Below, one piece after another: positions 1-8,964 of a stretch of 32,000 nucleotides of DNA. The translations under genes and the position numbers were made by a program. This stretch comes from Candidatus Saccharimonadota bacterium (GTDB lineage Bacteria > Patescibacteriota > Gracilibacteria > UBA4473): the NCBI GenBank assembly GCA_020632335.1, contig JACKFV010000001.1, positions 120,001 through 152,000 of the forward strand. The letters run 5' to 3'. How positions within the stretch are numbered: the first letter of the stretch is position 1; each line of letters starts with the position of its first letter. Under the pieces are notes generated by a model. The model worked only from the letters and a program-made list of their open reading frames with translations. It was not told the origin of the DNA and ran no database searches.

Positions 1-535
1 CCAGCCCCGTGAAGAAATCCTGCACCTGCTTGGGGTCAAACACGCCCTGGATCTGCCCGTTCTGGCTCATCACGTCGCCATCGGCATTACTGCGGAAGAG
101 CTCCTTCAGACGGTCGATGATGTGCTGCGGCGTTACCATCAGCTGCTGGAGCACCCGCACAGCGCCGGTATTCCGCTGCCGACACAGCGCAAAGAGAATA
201 TGCTCGCTATCCACCAGCGGGTGCCCGAGGTCTATGGCCACTTGCGCGCTCATCTCTATACATGCCCGGGCGTGGTCAGAGAATACCTGCGGCTCGTCAG
301 TACTACTCAGCTGCAGGGTCTCGCTCTGCTGTAGGGTCTGCGCGATACGCTCGGCGTTGTCATAGGTCACGCCAAAGCTCTTGAGCACCATCGCCGCGAT
401 GCACTGCCGCTGCCGGAGAATCCCGAGCAGCAGGTGGTGGGTCTGCACAGTGGTGTGCTCGCTCTGCTGGGCGATCTCTTGCGCCAGGATGAGGGTGTTT
501 TTCGCGGTCTCGGTAAAGGAGTTAAAAGCGCTCAT
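1..535 (-). CDS. Clp/Hsp100 AAA+ chaperone (ClpC/ClpB type), N-terminal part only; the 3' end runs off the left edge
   Basis: Absent from the ORF track because it has no stop in the window. The reverse complement from ATG (complement of 533-535) reads MSAFNSFTETAKNTLILAQEIAQQSEHTTVQTHHLLLGILRQ...FSDHARACIEMSAQVAIDLGHPLVDSEHILFALCRQ. These are the two tandem Clp_N repeats that open ClpC/ClpB proteins. The frame stays open to position 1. Confidence 0.8.
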   Translation of the reverse strand, partial: MSAFNSFTETAKNTLILAQEIAQQSEHTTVQTHHLLLGILRQRQCIAAMVLKSFGVTYDNAERIAQTLQQSETLQLSSTDEPQVFSDHARACIEMSAQVAIDLGHPLVDSEHILFALCRQRNTGAVRVLQQLMVTPQHIIDRLKELFRSNADGDVMSQNGQIQGVFDPKQVQDFFTGL

Positions 536-566
536 AAGCGGTGTGTTTTCAGGGTCTCTCTCCTCC

Positions 567-594
567 ACTCTAGCACAGAACGAGGGCAAAGCAA
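567..594 (-). promoter_or_regulatory. candidate sigma70-type promoter for the clp gene (TTGCTT-16-TAGAGT)
   Basis: The minus strand reads TTGCTT tgccctcgttctgtgc TAGAGT, about 31 nt upstream of the ATG at 535. Pattern match only. Confidence 0.3.
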
Positions 595-642
595 ATGATT
601 CTGGCAGTTATATAACTGGAGTGCTAATGGTGGATATTTCCC

Positions 643-670
643 TTGCCACTCCCCCGCGGCTGGCTACCAT
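643..670 (+). promoter_or_regulatory. candidate promoter for recA (TTGCCA-16-TACCAT)
   Basis: TTGCCA (643-648), a 16-nt spacer, then TACCAT (665-670), 19 nt before the recA ATG at 690. The palindrome TACCA-N5-TGGTA (665-679) overlaps the -10 element. Confidence 0.4.
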
Positions 671-689
671 GCGGTGGTAAGCGACGCCC

Positions 690-1745
690 ATGACTGAGAA
701 AAATCCGGCAAAGACCCAAGCACTACAGTCCGCCCTCCAGGCAATCGAGAAGAACTACGGGAAGGGCGCGGTGATGCGCCTGGGGGATAGTGCCGTCCAG
801 CGGGTGGAGATGGTCACCACGGGCTCCCTCAGCATAGACCTGGCACTGGGGGGCGGCGTGCCACGAGGGCGGATCATCGAGATCTACGGCCCGGAAAGTA
901 GCGGAAAGACCACGCTGTGTCTGCACATCGCCAGTGAATTCCAGAAGGCTGGGGGTACGGTGGCTTTCATCGACGCCGAGCACGCGCTGGACCCCACCTA
1001 CGCGGCCAAGGTGGGGGTCGATACCGACAACCTCCTGCTCAGCCAGCCCGATAGTGGGGAGCAAGCGCTGGACATCACCGAGGCACTGGTGCGTAGTGGC
1101 GGGGTGGATCTCATCATTGTGGATAGTGTGGCGGCGCTGACCCCGCGGGCCGAGATACAGGGCGAGATGGGCGACCACCAGATGGGCCTGCAGGCGCGAC
1201 TGATGAGCCAGGCGCTACGGAAGTTAACGGCCGTCGCCAGTAAAATGGGCACCACCATTCTCTTCGTCAACCAGATACGGATGAAGATCGGGGTGATGTT
1301 CGGCAACCCTGAGACGACCACCGGCGGGAACGCACTGAAGTTCTATAGCTCGGTGCGGATAGAGGTGCGCAAGGGCAACAAGATAGAGACCGGCACAGGA
1401 GACAACAAGGAGGTAGAGGGCAACCAGATGCGCGTGAAGGTAGTGAAGAATAAGGTGGCGCCGCCCTTCAAGACCGCGGAGGTGGATATTGTGTTCAATA
1501 AGGGGATCGACAAGGTAGCGGACGTGCTGGATAATGCGGTGCGGTTCGACGTGGTGCAAAAGGCCGGGGCCTTCTATAAATATAAGAATGAGACCATCGG
1601 CCAGGGCAAGCAGAAGGCGGGAGAATTCCTCGCTCATAACCCAGGGGTGCTGGCGGAGATCCGCGCCCAGGTGATGGACAAGGCCGGCCACGCGGTGCAT
1701 ACGGAGATAGAGCCAGGGCCAGTAGAGGCTCCTGAGAGTGAGTAA
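690..1745 (+). CDS. recA: recombinase RecA
   Basis: 351 aa. N-terminus [23 protein letters not shown], Walker [10 protein letters not shown], and [10 protein letters not shown] and [14 protein letters not shown] blocks typical of RecA. Confidence 0.97.
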   Translation: MTEKNPAKTQALQSALQAIEKNYGKGAVMRLGDSAVQRVEMVTTGSLSIDLALGGGVPRGRIIEIYGPESSGKTTLCLHIASEFQKAGGTVAFIDAEHALDPTYAAKVGVDTDNLLLSQPDSGEQALDITEALVRSGGVDLIIVDSVAALTPRAEIQGEMGDHQMGLQARLMSQALRKLTAVASKMGTTILFVNQIRMKIGVMFGNPETTTGGNALKFYSSVRIEVRKGNKIETGTGDNKEVEGNQMRVKVVKNKVAPPFKTAEVDIVFNKGIDKVADVLDNAVRFDVVQKAGAFYKYKNETIGQGKQKAGEFLAHNPGVLAEIRAQVMDKAGHAVHTEIEPGPVEAPESE

Positions 1746-1767
1746 CCCACGAGAATATAGGACAAAC

Positions 1768-1823
1768 AAAAAAACCCTGGCTGCCATTACCATGCTCATA
1801 GGAAGAACAAGGTGGCATCCGGG
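1768..1823 (-). terminator. candidate intrinsic terminator downstream of the 1838-2515 gene
   Basis: Minus strand: imperfect hairpin (CCCGGATGCCA...TGGCAGCCAGGG, 1775-1823) followed by T7 (complement of the A-run at 1768-1774). The stem has a bulge and a mismatch. Confidence 0.4.
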
Positions 1824-1837
1824 ATCACGGTAGAGGG

Positions 1838-2515
1838 TTACCAATGAAGGAAAAGGTAATAAAGACGATCTTCAGGCAAAGGCCCATTTTCGTCTATCTC
1901 TAATATATCCTCCTTCAAGAACTGGTCCATATACAATAGCAGGAAGGCGATACTACACTGGGTAGTCTCGATGTACTCCTGTGGGTACACCCGGTTTCTC
2001 TGCCCGCTCACCTGATACTCGCGGATGAACTGTATACCCGCACCTTCATTGGTGAAGTTAGGCACCTCCACATACTTCTCAGGATATGTGTCCAAGGCAC
2101 AGTACAGCTCGTCATAGTGCGGCATATAGGGCTCCTGCTCTAGACAGTACAGTAGGACATGTATACCGACACTCCTACTGGTCGCAAGAGTGAGCAACGC
2201 TTGCTCCAAGACTGCTTCCTCTTTTGCATAATCTGCTTCCGTATAGGCTTCGTCTTGATAAGAGTTTTGATACGACTGGTACAGTGCTCTTTCCTTAGCG
2301 GTCATCGGACACTGTGTGAGCGCCTTACTAAAACTCATTATGTTATCCCTTGTAATAGGTTTTCCTAGCCAATCTACCGGGAAGCTGGCCTCATTAGAAA
2401 GCACATAAGTGACCACATGCTGCGGTCCTGGTGCTACTCTGGTTTTGACACTCTGGACAAATGCCCCCACTCCTGACACGAGGAGTAAAACTAATAATAA
2501 TACTGTTTTTTTCAT
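1838..2515 (-). CDS. hypothetical secreted protein (225 aa), low-GC gene
   Basis: The ORF-track ORF 1838-2620 was trimmed to the internal ATG (complement of 2513-2515), which gives a classic signal peptide, MKKTVLLLVLLLVSGVGAFVQS. No family recognised. Hand counts of lines 2281 and 2341 give 47% and 43% GC, well below the neighbouring genes. Confidence 0.6.
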   Translation of the reverse strand: MKKTVLLLVLLLVSGVGAFVQSVKTRVAPGPQHVVTYVLSNEASFPVDWLGKPITRDNIMSFSKALTQCPMTAKERALYQSYQNSYQDEAYTEADYAKEEAVLEQALLTLATSRSVGIHVLLYCLEQEPYMPHYDELYCALDTYPEKYVEVPNFTNEGAGIQFIREYQVSGQRNRVYPQEYIETTQCSIAFLLLYMDQFLKEDILEIDENGPLPEDRLYYLFLHW

Positions 2516-2542
2516 GATAATAATTGCGTTAAAAAAATGAAG

Positions 2543-2572
2543 AAAAAAGTACCCAACATCTCGCGGTTGGGC
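2543..2572 (-). terminator. intrinsic terminator (second of two downstream of gyrA)
   Basis: Minus strand: GCCCAAC cgcgagat GTTGGGT (7-bp stem including one G-U pair) followed by ACTTTTTTCTTC. Confidence 0.55.
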
Positions 2573-2649
2573 CACCACCCTGGTGCCAAACTGGCAGCAG
2601 AGCAGTAGCACAACACGCATCTGGGCAGAACTTCCTGGTTCTCTACCGT

Positions 2650-2675
2650 AAAAGAACGTATCCCCTCAGGGATAC
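2650..2675 (-). terminator. intrinsic terminator immediately downstream of gyrA
   Basis: Minus strand: GTATCCC tgag GGGATAC (7-bp stem, 4-nt loop, 2658-2675) followed by GTTCTTTTAC. It begins 40 nt after the gyrA stop. Confidence 0.55.
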
Positions 2676-2715
2676 CCTTCTTCTACTACATTATGGTTGC
2701 TTTGTCAAGAACTCT

Positions 2716-5265
2716 CTACAGCAGCGCCTCTTGGCTCTCTTCTGTGGCATCGTCCTGCCCATCTAAGAGCAGGCTGAGCGACTGCGCGCCGTCACCACTG
2801 GCGGGCTTGAAGAGAATGACCCCACTGGCGTTACGCCCCGTGGTGCGGATATTCCGGAGTGGCAGGCGGATACTCTGGCCCTTCTTACTGGTGATGAGCA
2901 GGTCGCCCTCCATGTCCTCGCGTATGACCCGTGCGCCGATGACCACGCCCGTCTTGGGGGTTATCTTCGCGGTGACCACGCCCTTGGCCCCCCGGGCGGT
3001 CTTGCGGTATTCCTTGACCTTGGTCATCTTCCCCCGGCCCTTCTCCATGACGATCAGCAGCTTGCTCTCCCGGGTTTCTTCGTCTTCCACCGGTTGCAGC
3101 ACCTGCATCTGCACCACCGCGTCATCGTCGCTCAGGCGCATACCCCGCACCCCGGCTGCCGTACGGCCCATCTCGCGCACCTCGGATTCGTCGAAGATCA
3201 CCGCCTTACCCTGCCGGCTGCAGAGGATAATATCGTGCTCGCCACTGGTGATGGCCGTCCAGAAGAGCTTCTCGTCCTCCTTGGTATTCATGGCCTTTTT
3301 GCCCTTACGGTTGATACTCTCAAACTCGCTCATGGCACACTTCTTCACCGTGCCACCCGTCGTCGCCATGAAGATAAACCGAGCACTCTCCCCCTGCTGC
3401 AGAGCTTCTGTCCAGTTGAGGATCTCCGTCACGCTCTCGTCACCGCTCAGCTCCAACAGGTTCACGATGGGTGTCCCCTTGGCCGTCCGCGACGCCTCGG
3501 GCACCTCATAGCATGGCAAGCGAAACACCCGCCCCTCACTGGTGAAGAAGAGCAGCTCGTCGTGCGTCATGCACTGGCGGGTCTTGATGATGCGGTCATC
3601 GTCCTTGGTACTGGTGGATTTGACCCCCACGCCACCGCGCTTCTGCGTGCGGAAGGTATCGGGCGAGAGGCGCTTGATATAGCCCGTCTCGGTGAGGCTG
3701 AGCAGCATAGGCTCGTTCGGGATGGTATCTGTGGGGCGAAATTCCCCTATGCGCCCGGGGTGTACCAGCGTCCGCCGGGGGTCGCCGTACTGCTGTTTTG
3801 CGTCGGAGAGCTCGGTCTTGATGATCTCCGTCTGCTTCTTTTTATCGGCTAAGATGCCCTGCAGCTGGGTGATGAGCGCGTGTTTCTCGGCCAGTTCGTC
3901 CTCTATCTTCTGCCGCTCCAGCCCCGCCAGCGTCTGCAACCGCATCTCGAGGATAGCCCGCACCTGCAGCTCGCTCAGGCCAAACTGCTCCATGAGCGCC
4001 CCTGCGGCGGCCTCTTTCGTCTGGCTTTGCTTGATGGTAGCGATGACCGCGTCGATGTCATCCAGCGCTATTTTCAACCCCTCCAAGATGTGCGCCCGCG
4101 CCTGAGCCACCCGCAGGTCATACTCGGTACGCCGCACAATAACGACGTAACGGTGAGCGATAAACTCGGTGAGGATCTGGTGGACATTCAGCAGTCGTGG
4201 GTGGATGCCGTCTACCAGGGCGATCATGTTATAACTGAAGTTCCGCTGCATGGGCGTCAGCTTAAAGAGCTGGTTCAGGACCTTCTTGGGGAAGGATCCT
4301 TTCTTCAGCTCCATCACCACGCGTATTCCCTCGCGGTTACTCTCGTCACGCAGGGCGGTAATGGCCTCGAGGGTTTTATCCCGCACCAGGTCGCCTATCT
4401 TCTCCACCAGCTGGGCCTTATTCACCTGGTAGGGCACCTCATCGATGATGATCGCCGTGCGGCCGCCCTTCAGCTCCTCGATGTGCGTTTTTGCCCGCAT
4501 GGTCACCGCTCCGCGCCCGGTGCTCAGCGCCTTAGCGATATCTCCCCCATCGTAGATCTCCGCCGCGGTGGGGAAGTCTGGCCCCTTGATAAACGGTAGC
4601 AAGTCCGCCATGGTGGAGTCCTCGTGCTCCAGCATATAGAGCGTGGCGTCCACCACCTCCCCCAGGTTATGCGGTGGGATGTTCGTCGCCATACCCACGG
4701 CTATCCCCATGCTTCCATTCAGCAGCAGCTGCGGGATAACCGTAGGGAGGACGGTCGGCTCGTCTTTGCTGGCGTCGTAGTTGGGCCGCCAGGGCACGGT
4801 GTTTTTATCAATATCCTGCAGCATGAGCTCGGTGATGCGCTCCATACGCGCCTCGGTATACCGCATCTGCGCAGGGCTATCGCCATCTATCGAGCCGAAA
4901 TTCCCCTGCCCGTCCACCAGGGGGTAGCGGAGGCTGAAGTCCTGCGCCATACGCACCAGCGTCATATAGACTGACTGGTCGCCATGCGGGTGGAAATTCC
5001 CCAGGGTATCCCCCACCAGCTTCGCGGATTTCTTGTACTTCGCGCTCTTGCGCATACCGCTATCGTGCATCTGGTAGAGCACCCGGCGGTGCACGGGCTT
5101 GAGCCCATCACGCACGTCGGGCAGGGCACGGGCCACTATCACGCTCATTGCGTAGGAGATATACGCCTCTTGCATATCCGTGACGATGTCCTTCTGGCGG
5201 ACGCGGTCGTAGCTCTGGTCAGCACTATCGTCAAAGAGGGGGGTATCCGTCATACTGCTATACAT
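2716..5265 (-). CDS. gyrA: DNA gyrase subunit A
   Basis: 849 aa. [20 protein letters not shown], the QRDR-type block HPHGDQSVY, the active-site region [10 protein letters not shown], and C-terminal beta-pinwheel repeats. The start could instead be the ATG at 5253 (MTDTPLF). Confidence 0.97.
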   Translation of the reverse strand: MYSSMTDTPLFDDSADQSYDRVRQKDIVTDMQEAYISYAMSVIVARALPDVRDGLKPVHRRVLYQMHDSGMRKSAKYKKSAKLVGDTLGNFHPHGDQSVYMTLVRMAQDFSLRYPLVDGQGNFGSIDGDSPAQMRYTEARMERITELMLQDIDKNTVPWRPNYDASKDEPTVLPTVIPQLLLNGSMGIAVGMATNIPPHNLGEVVDATLYMLEHEDSTMADLLPFIKGPDFPTAAEIYDGGDIAKALSTGRGAVTMRAKTHIEELKGGRTAIIIDEVPYQVNKAQLVEKIGDLVRDKTLEAITALRDESNREGIRVVMELKKGSFPKKVLNQLFKLTPMQRNFSYNMIALVDGIHPRLLNVHQILTEFIAHRYVVIVRRTEYDLRVAQARAHILEGLKIALDDIDAVIATIKQSQTKEAAAGALMEQFGLSELQVRAILEMRLQTLAGLERQKIEDELAEKHALITQLQGILADKKKQTEIIKTELSDAKQQYGDPRRTLVHPGRIGEFRPTDTIPNEPMLLSLTETGYIKRLSPDTFRTQKRGGVGVKSTSTKDDDRIIKTRQCMTHDELLFFTSEGRVFRLPCYEVPEASRTAKGTPIVNLLELSGDESVTEILNWTEALQQGESARFIFMATTGGTVKKCAMSEFESINRKGKKAMNTKEDEKLFWTAITSGEHDIILCSRQGKAVIFDESEVREMGRTAAGVRGMRLSDDDAVVQMQVLQPVEDEETRESKLLIVMEKGRGKMTKVKEYRKTARGAKGVVTAKITPKTGVVIGARVIREDMEGDLLITSKKGQSIRLPLRNIRTTGRNASGVILFKPASGDGAQSLSLLLDGQDDATEESQEALL

Positions 5266-5280
5266 TGAGAGAACGGTAAG

Positions 5281-5308
5281 AGTCTAGAGAAAAGAGCAAG
5301 TGAGGCAA
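5281..5308 (-). promoter_or_regulatory. candidate promoter for gyrA (TTGCCT-16-TAGACT)
   Basis: The minus strand reads TTGCCT cacttgctcttttctc TAGACT, 15 nt upstream of the ATG at 5265. Confidence 0.35.
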
Positions 5309-5339
5309 CAAAAACACTCCCCATAGCAGAGCATCCGAG

Positions 5340-6728
5340 CTAAAACACCTCTGGTGTCTTGCGCTTGTCGAGGTCACCAAAGGCCTGGAGTTTACGATCA
5401 TAGAAGATCTTGGCCCGACCGGTGGCACCGTTACGGTGTTTGATGACGTTCACCTCTAGCGTGTTGTCCTCGTTTTCATCACTGTAGTAACTCTCGCGGT
5501 AGAGCATGAGGATGACATCTGCGTCCTGCTCTATGCTCCCGCTGTCCCTCAGGTCACTCATCACGGGGCGTTTGTCTGGCCGCTGCTCTACATTCCGGCT
5601 GAGCTGACTGAGCGCGATAACGGGTATGTGCAGCTCCCGCGCGATGAGCTTGAGGCTGCGGGAGATCTCAGAAATCTCCTGGACGCGGTTGAGGTTACCG
5701 CTGCTCATCAGCTGTAGGTAGTCGATGATGAGCATATCCAGGCCCTTCTCCATCTGCAGGCGACGCACCCGGGCACGCAGCTCTGGCAGGCTGCCGCCCA
5801 TAGAATCATCAATGTAGATCGGCGCCTGGCCCATGGTGGTCACCAGCCCGTTGAGCTTCTGAAAGTGCTGCTCGTCTATCCTCCCCCGCTGCAGGTGCCA
5901 GCTATCCACCCCCAGCTTAGCACAGATCATGCGGTCGACCAGCTGCTCCTTGCTCATCTCCAGCGAGACAATCCCGATGCGGCGCTTTGGCTGAGCAGCC
6001 CCCGGGGGCATGGCCGCACGCATGGCTACCTCCAGTGCCAGGGCGGTCTTCCCCATACTCGGCCGCGCGGCGAGGATAATGAGGTCGCTCTGCGCAAAGC
6101 CGCCGTTGAGCATCTCGTCTAGGTCACGGAAGTGGGTCTGTACGCGGTTAGCATGCGCGCTCTCGGGGTCCTCCTGCAGGGCATGGATGCGCTCCATATT
6201 GCCCGTGAAGATCTCCTGCATCGCCACAAATCGGTCTTGCACAAACTGCTGCGAGATACTAAAGACGTGCTTCTCGGCCTGCTCCAGGAGGATCTCCAGC
6301 TCTTCGTCTGTGCGGTAGCCCAGCTCGCTTATCTGCTGCCCTACCTTAATGAGCCGCCGCATGACACTGGCGCGCTTGACATAGCGGGCATAGTGGGTGA
6401 TGCGCGTGGCCAGTGGCGTGGCGTGGAGGAGGTCGAGGAGGGTTTCTTTCCCGCCGACTATCTGCAGCTGTTCTCGGCGCTGGAGCTCAGCCGAGAGCGA
6501 CGTGGAGTCTATCGGCACCGCGGTATTAAAGAGGCTGAGCGCTGCCTCATAGATGTAGCGGTGGTGGTCGAGGTAGAAGTCGTCGCCGCGCAACATATCC
6601 ACAATATGAATAATGGCGTCCTTATCCAGCATCAGCGCCCCCAGTACTGCGCGTTCGGCCTCAGGGGCTGCGGGCACTACCTTCTCGGCCTGCAGGTCAT
6701 AGGGGTTGGCGGTAGCAAGCAGATTCAT
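5340..6728 (-). CDS. dnaB: replicative DNA helicase DnaB
   Basis: PEAERAVLGALMLD N-terminal domain, Walker A ARPSMGKTALAL, and LIIDYLQLM and SQLSR motifs. The start was moved from 6767 to the ATG at 6728 (MNLLATANPY), which lies 6 nt downstream of a TATACA -10-like hexamer (6735-6740). Confidence 0.95.
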   Translation of the reverse strand: MNLLATANPYDLQAEKVVPAAPEAERAVLGALMLDKDAIIHIVDMLRGDDFYLDHHRYIYEAALSLFNTAVPIDSTSLSAELQRREQLQIVGGKETLLDLLHATPLATRITHYARYVKRASVMRRLIKVGQQISELGYRTDEELEILLEQAEKHVFSISQQFVQDRFVAMQEIFTGNMERIHALQEDPESAHANRVQTHFRDLDEMLNGGFAQSDLIILAARPSMGKTALALEVAMRAAMPPGAAQPKRRIGIVSLEMSKEQLVDRMICAKLGVDSWHLQRGRIDEQHFQKLNGLVTTMGQAPIYIDDSMGGSLPELRARVRRLQMEKGLDMLIIDYLQLMSSGNLNRVQEISEISRSLKLIARELHIPVIALSQLSRNVEQRPDKRPVMSDLRDSGSIEQDADVILMLYRESYYSDENEDNTLEVNVIKHRNGATGRAKIFYDRKLQAFGDLDKRKTPEVF

Positions 6729-6830
6729 AAGCTCTGTATACGGAGAAGGCAGCCTGAGCGGAAACAATGTTCACGACGTGGATTACTCAGGATTCTCTCG
6801 TGCAGTACCCCGTGCATACCGTGGTGGAAT

Positions 6831-7247
6831 CTAGAGCGTGCTCGCCCCGTGCTGGTTGACGTAGTAGCCGATGAGAAGACTCAGCGCAATGCCGAGGATA
6901 CTCACGAGCGTCCCCAGCTGCAGTGGCGTCCCGGTGAGTAGCTCCAGCAGCGGGAAGGTAAGGGTAGTCAGCAGCACCACCACGAGCGCCGTAAAGGCAA
7001 AAGAGAGGCCCGCAGCCGCCGCCAGGGTATAGCCATAGGCGTAGAGGAGATTGCCCACCCACAGCAGCGGCAAGAGCAACAGCCCCGCCATGCCCGCCTG
7101 CACCACACTCTCTGGCAGGCCAAGGGACAGCCCCCAGCTATACCCCCGCGGGAACCACTCCCCCACCAGCGCCTGCACCCGCACCATGGCCCAGACGACC
7201 AGGTTCATGAACGCAAAGCACCCCAAGGACACGAGAAAATACTGCAT
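6831..7247 (-). CDS. small integral membrane protein (138 aa, about 4 TM helices), function unknown
   Basis: Four hydrophobic stretches (VSLGCFAFMNLVVWAMV, AGLLLLPLLWVGNLLYAYGY, LSFAFTALVVVLLTTLTF, LGTLVSILGIALSLLIGYYV). It has its own promoter-like element directly upstream. Confidence 0.65.
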   Translation of the reverse strand: MQYFLVSLGCFAFMNLVVWAMVRVQALVGEWFPRGYSWGLSLGLPESVVQAGMAGLLLLPLLWVGNLLYAYGYTLAAAAGLSFAFTALVVVLLTTLTFPLLELLTGTPLQLGTLVSILGIALSLLIGYYVNQHGASTL

Positions 7248-7253
7248 ACGCGG

Positions 7254-7281
7254 TGTATAGGGATTCTCTAGCCCGTGGCAA
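7254..7281 (-). promoter_or_regulatory. candidate leaderless promoter for the 138-aa membrane protein (TTGCCA-16-TATACA-6-ATG)
   Basis: The minus strand reads TTGCCA cgggctagagaatccc TATACA ccgcgt ATG. The -35 element lies inside the pilC 3' end. Confidence 0.45.
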
Positions 7282-8452
7282 TAAGATTTTGCAGTTGGAA
7301 GATCGGCGTCATGATCGCCATAGCCATAAACACCACTATGGCCGCCACCGCCACCAGCACCACAGGTTCTATCAGCCCCGAGATATTCTGCAGCTGGGCA
7401 TCCACCTCCTGCTCGTACTGGTCCCCGGTCTTGTGGAGGATCTCTGGGATCTGCCCGCCTTGCGCGCCTACTTCTATCACCTCGGCCAAGATGGGGTCGA
7501 GGTAGGGCTGCGCGCGGAAGCTCTGGTGCATCTCTACCCCGGCCTGGACGTCGCGCTGCACCTGGCGGATGGCCTCACGGCTGACGGGACTTGGGAGGAT
7601 ACCGCTGAGGATCTCCAGCGATTTCTCCACCGGGACGCCACTGCTCAGCAGCGTGCTGAGGTTCTGTGCGATGCGCGTAGTCTCGATATTCTGCAGTACC
7701 GTCCGCACCACGGGCAGCTCTAGCAGGAACTTCCCCCAGGTCCTCCCGCCACTCTCAGAGGCCCTCCACTGGCTGAAGACCCCCCAGAGGATCAGCAACC
7801 CCAGCAGCACCGCCCACCACCACTGGGTGACGAAGGAAGACGCGGCGATCATAAACTGCGTAGCGGGAGGGAGGTCCGCGCCAAACTGCGAGAAGAGATC
7901 CTCAAACTGTGGCACCACAAAGAGCATTACCACGGCAATGGCCAGCACTATGGCGATGAGTACCGTCAGCGGATACATCAGCGCCGAGCGTACCCGGCGG
8001 TTTAGCTGGAGGGTTTTGTCGCTCTGCTGTGCTAGTGACGAGAGGCTGTCCTCTACCTTCCCGGCGTACTCCCCGGCGTAGAGCACCTTTATCTCCGCCT
8101 CTGAGAAGATCTCTGGGTACTTGGCAATGGCCTGAGAGAAGCGCATACCGCGCTCTTGCATGTCGTGCGCTACCGTCCAGAGGATGCGCTGTAGCCGCGG
8201 GTTACGGCTGCGGTCGGCCAGCATCTCTACCGCGCGCACAAACCGAACGCCGCTCCCCACCAGCAGCCGCAGCGAGCTATAGAGCTGCGCTTTCTCCTTC
8301 AGCGAGACACGGCTCTGGTTGATCAGCCAGTCGTCTACCTGAGTGAAGAGCCCGGCGCCCTGGCGGTTGGTCACGCCATAGATCACCCGGGGGTCCTTCG
8401 GCGAGGTTTCCTCGCGGGTGAAGATACGGCTGAGCGAGTCAAGAAGCGGCAT
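7268..8452 (-). CDS. pilC: type IV pilus / type II secretion platform protein (GspF/PilC family)
   Basis: 394 aa with two T2SSF-type repeats (LRLLVGSGVRFVRAVEMLA...GEYAGKVEDSL and LSTLLSSGVPVEKSLEIL...GAQGGQIPEIL) and three TM helices, ending in the family-typical PIFQLQNLI tail. Confidence 0.9.
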   Translation of the reverse strand: MPLLDSLSRIFTREETSPKDPRVIYGVTNRQGAGLFTQVDDWLINQSRVSLKEKAQLYSSLRLLVGSGVRFVRAVEMLADRSRNPRLQRILWTVAHDMQERGMRFSQAIAKYPEIFSEAEIKVLYAGEYAGKVEDSLSSLAQQSDKTLQLNRRVRSALMYPLTVLIAIVLAIAVVMLFVVPQFEDLFSQFGADLPPATQFMIAASSFVTQWWWAVLLGLLILWGVFSQWRASESGGRTWGKFLLELPVVRTVLQNIETTRIAQNLSTLLSSGVPVEKSLEILSGILPSPVSREAIRQVQRDVQAGVEMHQSFRAQPYLDPILAEVIEVGAQGGQIPEILHKTGDQYEQEVDAQLQNISGLIEPVVLVAVAAIVVFMAMAIMTPIFQLQNLIATG

Positions 8453-8454
8453 AC

Positions 8455-8964
8455 TTACTGGTAATACGCCCGGAGGGAAATCTCGAGCAGGGCAAATTCT
8501 CGGCCATCGTCCTCACGCCGCAGCGAGACATTCAGCCCGTCCATGCTGAGGAAGCGCTCGTTACTCTCTATGCTGCGGAGGAAGGGCAAGATGTTATTGC
8601 GGGGGCCCTTGACCGCAAAACTCACGATGAGGCTGTGGGCCTTGAGCTCGGTGTCATAGGTATCGCTAAAGCTCAGCTGCGTAAACGCATAGCCCGTGGC
8701 GGTAGAGATACGCTGCAGGTCACGCATGACCTGCTCTTGCTCGCGCGTGCGGGGCACCTGGGTGAGGATATTCTCTTTACTGGCCTTGATGTCCGCGATC
8801 TTCTGCTCGGTGGCGTGGAACTGCTCAAACGCCTGGGTCTGCAGCGCCTCATGCCGGGTGGCCTCGCTAGTGAGGCGGGCAATATCGCGCTGGTAGGGCA
8901 GGGTATAGCGGAAGGCGATGACCCCCAAGAGCACGAGAAGAATCAGAGGAATAAGACGGCTCAT
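8455..8964 (-). CDS. PilO-like pilus assembly protein
   Basis: 169 aa. An N-terminal TM helix starts at residue 3, followed by a coiled-coil segment and then an alpha/beta core. It lies 2 nt upstream of pilC and is joined to the upstream gene by an ATGA overlap. Assigned from architecture and position, not from a strong motif. Confidence 0.55.
   Translation of the reverse strand: MSRLIPLILLVLLGVIAFRYTLPYQRDIARLTSEATRHEALQTQAFEQFHATEQKIADIKASKENILTQVPRTREQEQVMRDLQRISTATGYAFTQLSFSDTYDTELKAHSLIVSFAVKGPRNNILPFLRSIESNERFLSMDGLNVSLRREDDGREFALLEISLRAYYQ

Noticed and set aside
2676-2715. TTGACA-17-TAGAAG promoter-like match on the minus strand just after the gyrA stop
   Set aside because: It would fire directly into the gyrA terminator hairpin, and its -10 element is poor. 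It is probably a chance match.
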